Shown one piece after another: positions 59,637 through 64,000 of a stretch of DNA of 64,000 bases (positions within the stretch are counted from its first letter, which is position 1; each line of letters starts with the position of its first letter). Made by a program: the position numbers and the translations under genes. The DNA is taken from positions 20,702 to 84,701 of IMG/VR virus record IMGVR_UViG_3300025082_002887; one strand, written 5' to 3'. The notes below the pieces were generated by a model. It was not told where the DNA came from. It did no database searches and was given only the letters and a program-made list of their open reading frames with translations. Source of the stretch: a virus.

Positions 59637-60821
59637 ATGCCTTATTATGAATTTAAAACAAAGGATGTTCTTCGAAATACCTTAAAAACACATCCGCAAT
59701 ATACATTTAATATTTACAATAGAAACATATATCTGAACAATCAATATAATATATCCGGCACCCATGTTGATAATGTAACAATGGTTCCTACCGGGTACGT
59801 AAGTTTGTACGAATTGAATATTGATAGAGCTTCTGACAATAAAATTTACCCATTTGTTACGAAAGACGGCAATTTTTCATCTATCGGCACTGTAACAAAT
59901 GCCTCTTTTAATAGTAGTTTTCAATATGGAGATGTAATTAGCGGTTCTTACCCACTATCAGCCAGTATTATTAGAGAGAGATTTGCCAGCTCTCGTCCTG
60001 CCAGCGCGGCCTCCCATGTTGAAGCTTTAAAAAATACTTTAAACCACTATACATATTTAAGCCAGCACTATGCATATTCCTCCTCGCTTGGTGATAAATC
60101 ACAACAAGAAATTAATTTAATAAGTATACCATCCATCTTTTTCGATAGCGGTATAAAACCCGGGACAGTTGATTTAAAATTTTATAATACCGGCACACTA
60201 GTTGCACAGGTTACAGATAAAAATAAAAATGGCGAATTAATACAAATAAGCGGCACCGCATATGCGCAAGCTAATGGTTTCGAATCAGTTGCCGGCGTCG
60301 TTTTATATAATGAGGGATTTGTATTATTAACTGGTAGTTGGAACTTGACCGAAGAAAGCTATAATTTCAATTCAACGGCCTCTCCTTTGAACCGAGTCGG
60401 CTCGTGGCGAGATTTCGCAGTCGGAGCAAACGATACCGCTGACGACGGCCTTACTTTTTCTGGTAGTTTTCAATTTCAATTCCAAGGCACGAATGAGGTT
60501 TCAACGTTGACCATGAATGCAATTGCGCCCCGCGGCCAGCTAAATCATTCTATGAATTCAACTTTTAGGCTATATGAAAGCGCATCACTACCCGGTTCCG
60601 CCGATCAATTTACGTACACAGAAGCTGCTGCCATTCCGGTCAAGAATACAATAAGCAGTTCATTTTGTAATTTTTCTGCATCTTTTGCAAAGCAGACATT
60701 TATTAGCAAAATAGGAATATATGATGACGAGAGAAATCTTATAGCAATAGCAAAATTAGCTACTCCTGTAAAGAAAACAGAAGACAGGGCCCTTACTTTT
60801 AAATTAAAACTAGATATTTAG
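59637..60821 (+). CDS. Structural protein, paralogue of 58541-59632
   Basis: FISKIGIYDDERNLIAIAKLATPVKK...FKLKLDI; AGVVLYNEG aligns with VGHIYYQAG. Confidence 0.65.
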   Translation: MPYYEFKTKDVLRNTLKTHPQYTFNIYNRNIYLNNQYNISGTHVDNVTMVPTGYVSLYELNIDRASDNKIYPFVTKDGNFSSIGTVTNASFNSSFQYGDVISGSYPLSASIIRERFASSRPASAASHVEALKNTLNHYTYLSQHYAYSSSLGDKSQQEINLISIPSIFFDSGIKPGTVDLKFYNTGTLVAQVTDKNKNGELIQISGTAYAQANGFESVAGVVLYNEGFVLLTGSWNLTEESYNFNSTASPLNRVGSWRDFAVGANDTADDGLTFSGSFQFQFQGTNEVSTLTMNAIAPRGQLNHSMNSTFRLYESASLPGSADQFTYTEAAAIPVKNTISSSFCNFSASFAKQTFISKIGIYDDERNLIAIAKLATPVKKTEDRALTFKLKLDI

Positions 60822-60832
60822 AGAACAAATAT

Positions 60833-61405
60833 ATGATATTAGGATTGGATATTTCAACCAGTATTACTGGTTATACAGTAATGGATCTCGAAGGTAAAAT
60901 TCTTCGATGTGATGCATGGGACATGCGCAATAAAAAGAAGTTTGGGAATCACTTCGACAAAGCGCAATTCATAAAAGACGATCTTTGTTTCTTGAAGGTT
61001 CAATACCCCATTAGTAAAATTTATATTGAGGAACCATTTATGTTTTTTAATTCTGGAGGATCCTCCGCCAAAACCATGGCGGTCCTTCAAAAGTTTAATG
61101 GGGTCGTTTCCTGGCTTTGTTACGATATATTTGCTCTCACCCCAAATTATGTTAGAGCAAACGAAGCGCGCAAACTTTGCGGTATAAAAGTACACAGAGG
61201 GCAGAAAGCAAAGAAAGTTGTCATACAATGGCTACTTGACAATGATCCAAGTTTTAAGGTAGAATATACATCAAAAAACAATCCGAAGCCTAAATATTAT
61301 GATATGGCAGATTCAGTGGTAATTGCTAAAGCTGGCTACTATTTACTTAAAAAGCAGAACCCACAAGTTTGTTACAATAAGGACTTAACAAATGAAACTA
61401 ACTAA
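60833..61405 (+). CDS. RuvC-like Holliday junction resolvase
   Basis: ILGLDISTSITG, IYIEE, YDMADSVVIA acidic catalytic residues. Confidence 0.85.
   Translation: MILGLDISTSITGYTVMDLEGKILRCDAWDMRNKKKFGNHFDKAQFIKDDLCFLKVQYPISKIYIEEPFMFFNSGGSSAKTMAVLQKFNGVVSWLCYDIFALTPNYVRANEARKLCGIKVHRGQKAKKVVIQWLLDNDPSFKVEYTSKNNPKPKYYDMADSVVIAKAGYYLLKKQNPQVCYNKDLTNETN
61339..61349 (+). promoter_or_regulatory. Putative late promoter motif
   Basis: CTATTTACTTA within the 3' end of the RuvC-like gene, upstream of the MKLTK genes. Confidence 0.4.
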
Positions 61406-61877
61406 ATCCAAGCTAAAACAGATCATCAAAGAAGAAATACAGAAAACATTAAACGAGGGCCCGGGCGCGGGGGAACGGGACCCCACGCGAGTGGATGCAC
61501 CATATGGTCGAAGGCCTCACGCGCATGATGCGGGGAGTGATGAACGTGTCATAGCTGGCCTTGGAGATGGCGGGCCCGGATCCGGGTACAATCCTTATCG
61601 TAGGGAAGGCGGCGAGTGGTATGGTGACTACATTGCAGGCCCCGTTCCTGAAGAGGAAGTGTTCGCAGCGGTTTATGAACAGCTCTATTGGAGTATGACT
61701 GCAGAAGAGATAGAACACGATTCGCGCGATGAAATGATTGGTAAAGTAATGGAGCTTTATAAATCAGGTAAAATCAATCCATTCGATATGGACAATGAAG
61801 AGAAAGATAATTTTATTGACAAACTTCGTCCACAAATGGAGCTTCCTTTTGGCAAAGATGACGAAGAGGAATGGTAA
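61392..61877 (+). CDS. Acidic hypothetical protein with N-terminal MKLTKSKLKQIIKEE peptide
   Basis: AAGGA RBS; N-terminal peptide shared with the next gene. Confidence 0.75.
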   Translation: MKLTKSKLKQIIKEEIQKTLNEGPGAGERDPTRVDAPYGRRPHAHDAGSDERVIAGLGDGGPGSGYNPYRREGGEWYGDYIAGPVPEEEVFAAVYEQLYWSMTAEEIEHDSRDEMIGKVMELYKSGKINPFDMDNEEKDNFIDKLRPQMELPFGKDDEEEW

Positions 61878-61878
61878 A

Positions 61879-62301
61879 ATGAAACTAACTAAATCAAAAC
61901 TTAAACAACTCATTAAAGAAGCCTTCGAAACCGAAGAAGATTTTCTCGAAGCAGTCCCCGAAGGTGAAGAAGAAGGCGAAGATCTCGGAGGCGAGACCAT
62001 CGATACAGTAGACGAATTTATGAAAACCGCGCAGACTTTTTATGATAGTTTACCGGAGGAAAAAAAGCGGGCCATGACCCAGGCCTTTGAGCTACATTTT
62101 GATAAATGGGAAGAAGAGCTAGAAGGCGGCACCGAAGAAGAAGACGAAGAAGAAGGCGAAGAAGAAGACGAAGAAGACGAAGGGGAATATGAAAAGCTCC
62201 GGGGCGTTTACGGGCGCAAAACCAGGCATGGCACTCCACTGACACCAACACAAGCGGTGTGGGCAACAAAAAGAGGATATCCTTTTCAATCTGAAAAGTA
62301 A
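61879..62301 (+). CDS. Glu-rich hypothetical protein with N-terminal MKLTKSKLKQLIKEA peptide
   Basis: ATG at 61879, two bases after the upstream stop and behind GAGGA; shared peptide; Glu runs. Confidence 0.75.
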   Translation: MKLTKSKLKQLIKEAFETEEDFLEAVPEGEEEGEDLGGETIDTVDEFMKTAQTFYDSLPEEKKRAMTQAFELHFDKWEEELEGGTEEEDEEEGEEEDEEDEGEYEKLRGVYGRKTRHGTPLTPTQAVWATKRGYPFQSEK

Positions 62302-62310
62302 AATAAACCC

Positions 62311-62339
62311 TTGACATCTTAAATTACATTTGATAATAT
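62311..62339 (+). promoter_or_regulatory. Sigma70-type promoter for the primase gene
   Basis: TTGACA (62311-16), 17-nt spacer, TGn extended -10 TAATAT (62334-39). Confidence 0.7.
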
Positions 62340-62345
62340 TTATAC

Positions 62346-63275
62346 ATGCACTTTGACAAGCTTCGAATCCTCGAAGAAATACTAGGAAACAATTACCGAT
62401 CAAACGATGAACACCTATTCTTTTGTCCGCTTTGCAAACACCACAAAAGAAAGATGTCAATAAATATATCTAAAAATACATACAAATGCTGGATATGCGA
62501 TAGCCGAGGGAAAAACATTTACACCCTCGTAAGAAAGTTTGGTAATCACTTCCAGAAACAAAAGTGGCAAAGCTTCGAAGAGAGTGTTAACATATCAGAA
62601 TTTGATAACATCTTCGAAGAAAAAGAAGAAGAAACAATACAGCGAATTTCCCTCCCAAAAGAATTCATAAGCTTGGCAAATAAGAATTTGTCTTTAACTG
62701 CAAGCGCACCTTTAAATTATTTGAGAAAAAGAGGAATTAATTCGGCTGATATATTAAAATGGAAGATAGGATATTGTGAAGATGGAGAATACAGAAATCG
62801 TATTATTGTTCCCTCATTTAATAGGGATGGGAATTGCAATTATTTCGTTGCACGGTCGTGGACGAAAGACTGGTTAAAATATAAGAACCCACCAGCATCA
62901 AAAAACGTAGTTTTTAATGAATTAATGATAAATTGGGATGAACCAATTGTTTTAGTTGAAGGTATATTTGACGCTATAATCGCAGACAATTCGATACCTC
63001 TGCTAGGCTCTACATTAAATGCCTATTCTAGGCTGTTTAAGGCCATTCTGACGCGCTCTAAGCAAGTTTATGTAGCCCTCGACCAAGACGCTGAAAAGAA
63101 GGCTCTAAGCATCATTAGCGCGCTTATTTCGCATGGCATTGAAATTTATAAAATTGATACATCTGGCTACGAAGATGTTGGAGAGATGACAAAAGAAGAG
63201 TTCAAGGAGAAAAGAGAATTAGCTATAGCATTTGATTCAAGTGCACTTTTAATACAAAAGATATTGCAAATCTGA
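62346..63275 (+). CDS. DNA primase (zinc finger + TOPRIM)
   Basis: CPLC...CWIC zinc finger, YLRKRGI, RIIVP, KYKNP, LVEGIFDA, ALDQDA, DVGEM. Confidence 0.9.
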   Translation: MHFDKLRILEEILGNNYRSNDEHLFFCPLCKHHKRKMSINISKNTYKCWICDSRGKNIYTLVRKFGNHFQKQKWQSFEESVNISEFDNIFEEKEEETIQRISLPKEFISLANKNLSLTASAPLNYLRKRGINSADILKWKIGYCEDGEYRNRIIVPSFNRDGNCNYFVARSWTKDWLKYKNPPASKNVVFNELMINWDEPIVLVEGIFDAIIADNSIPLLGSTLNAYSRLFKAILTRSKQVYVALDQDAEKKALSIISALISHGIEIYKIDTSGYEDVGEMTKEEFKEKRELAIAFDSSALLIQKILQI

Positions 63276-63292
63276 ATTAAGGGTGATATAGT
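63264..63292 (+). promoter_or_regulatory. Sigma70-type promoter for the SbcD-like nuclease gene
   Basis: TTGCAA (63264-69), 17-nt spacer, TGn extended -10 TATAGT (63287-92). Confidence 0.55.
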
Positions 63293-63299
63293 ATACATT

Positions 63300-64000
63300 A
63301 TGAAATTTGCTCACATTGCGGACACGCACATTAAAAACCTTAAATATCATTACGAGTACCGAATTGTTTTCGAAAAACTCTATGAAAAATTAAAAAAAGA
63401 AAAAGTCGATTATATTATTCATTGCGGAGATTTAGCGCACACCAAGACACAGATATCTCCAGAGTTTGTAGAGATGTCCACAAACTTTTTAAGAAGTTTA
63501 GCTGACATCGCACCTACATATGTAATATTGGGGAATCACGATGGGAATCTTAAAAACTCCAGTAGACAAGACGCATTAACACCAATTGTTGATGCTTTAG
63601 AGCATACGGATCTTCATTTATTGAAGAATTCCGGGGAGGTATGTTTAAACGATGAGTTTACTATTAACGTTTTGTCTGTTTTTGATCGCGATAATTGGGC
63701 CACTATTTCTGATACCAGTCGGATTAATATTGCACTTTATCATGGGTCTATATCAAATAGCAAAACAGATCTTGGTTGGATTATGGAACATGGCGAAGAC
63801 GATGTATCTATTTTCGAAGGATACGATTTCGCTTTCTTGGGGGACATTCATAAAACCAATCAAGTTTTAGACTACAAGGGTACAATTCGTTACGCAGGTT
63901 CCACGGTGCAGCAAAATCATGGAGAAACTAACGACAAGGGTTTTCTAGTTTGGGACATTGAAAACAAAGATGATTTTACTTGTAAACATGTTACACTAGA
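63300..64000 (+). CDS. Mre11/SbcD/gp47-like metallophosphoesterase nuclease (3'-truncated; not in the ORF track)
   Basis: Manual translation from the ATG at 63300: MKFAHIADTHI...HCGDLAH...ILGNHD...LYHG...LGDIHK...YAGSTVQQNHGE; open to the window end. Confidence 0.9.
   Translation, partial: MKFAHIADTHIKNLKYHYEYRIVFEKLYEKLKKEKVDYIIHCGDLAHTKTQISPEFVEMSTNFLRSLADIAPTYVILGNHDGNLKNSSRQDALTPIVDALEHTDLHLLKNSGEVCLNDEFTINVLSVFDRDNWATISDTSRINIALYHGSISNSKTDLGWIMEHGEDDVSIFEGYDFAFLGDIHKTNQVLDYKGTIRYAGSTVQQNHGETNDKGFLVWDIENKDDFTCKHVTL

Noticed and set aside
21812-60821. Cellular contractile injection system (eCIS/T6SS) instead of a phage
   Set aside because: The flanking gp55-like sigma, resolvase, primase and gp47-like nuclease, and the absence of housekeeping genes, indicate a phage genome.
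61795-61878. Longer N-terminus proposed for the 62301-ending ORF
   Set aside because: It overlaps the upstream gene; the ATG at 61879 has an RBS and begins the shared MKLTK peptide.
62133-62181. GAAGAAGAC-type repeats
   Set aside because: These simply encode the Glu/Asp-rich tract; not an independent repeat element.
378-62460. Numerous short minus-strand ORFs and nested plus-strand ORFs in the track
   Set aside because: They lie within or opposite longer motif-bearing + strand genes and show no recognisable motifs; they are shadow ORFs.
63652-63870. 72-aa hydrophobic ORF
   Set aside because: Out of frame inside the SbcD-like nuclease gene that starts at 63300.
1-64000. Stop-codon reassignment, CRISPR array, tRNA genes, inteins or introns
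   Set aside because: TAA, TAG and TGA all end genes and very long ORFs are intact in the standard code. Intergenic gaps are under ~70 nt. No spaced repeats, cloverleafs or splicing motifs were recognised by eye.

Overview
This window is a gene-dense, AT-rich segment of a large (jumbo-like) tailed phage with a contractile tail. All credible genes lie on the + strand and use the standard genetic code. (1) 1-1559: a partial HExxH metallopeptidase, a hypothetical protein and a Cas4/AddB-like nuclease. (2) 1569-20022: an ~18.5 kb glycan island of 19 genes. It encodes about seven glycosyltransferases, methyltransferases, a kinase-methyltransferase fusion, PIG-L, WbqC, a B12 radical SAM enzyme, a fold-IV aminotransferase, SDRs and a nonulosonic (sialic-like) acid module (NeuB, HAD phosphatase, cytidylyltransferase, CstII/Maf-like transferase). 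No membrane export or polymerase genes are present. (3) 20025-21808: small genes and a gp55-like late sigma factor. (4) 21812-60821: a baseplate/tail module with a split gp5-like hub carrying a MepA-like endopeptidase, a 2656-aa protein, gp25, gp6/J, a 3545-aa LamG-bearing wedge protein and tail-collar-like paralogues. (5) 60833-64000: a RuvC-like resolvase, two acidic proteins sharing an N-terminal MKLTKSKLKQxIKE peptide, a primase and a partial Mre11/SbcD nuclease. The main hypothesis is a phage-encoded system that decorates its own virion with a tailored nonulosonate-containing glycan, with recurrent [ST]-[GAS]-[ST] tripeptides in outer baseplate proteins as candidate acceptor sites. All family calls come from motif recognition by eye; no database searches were run.
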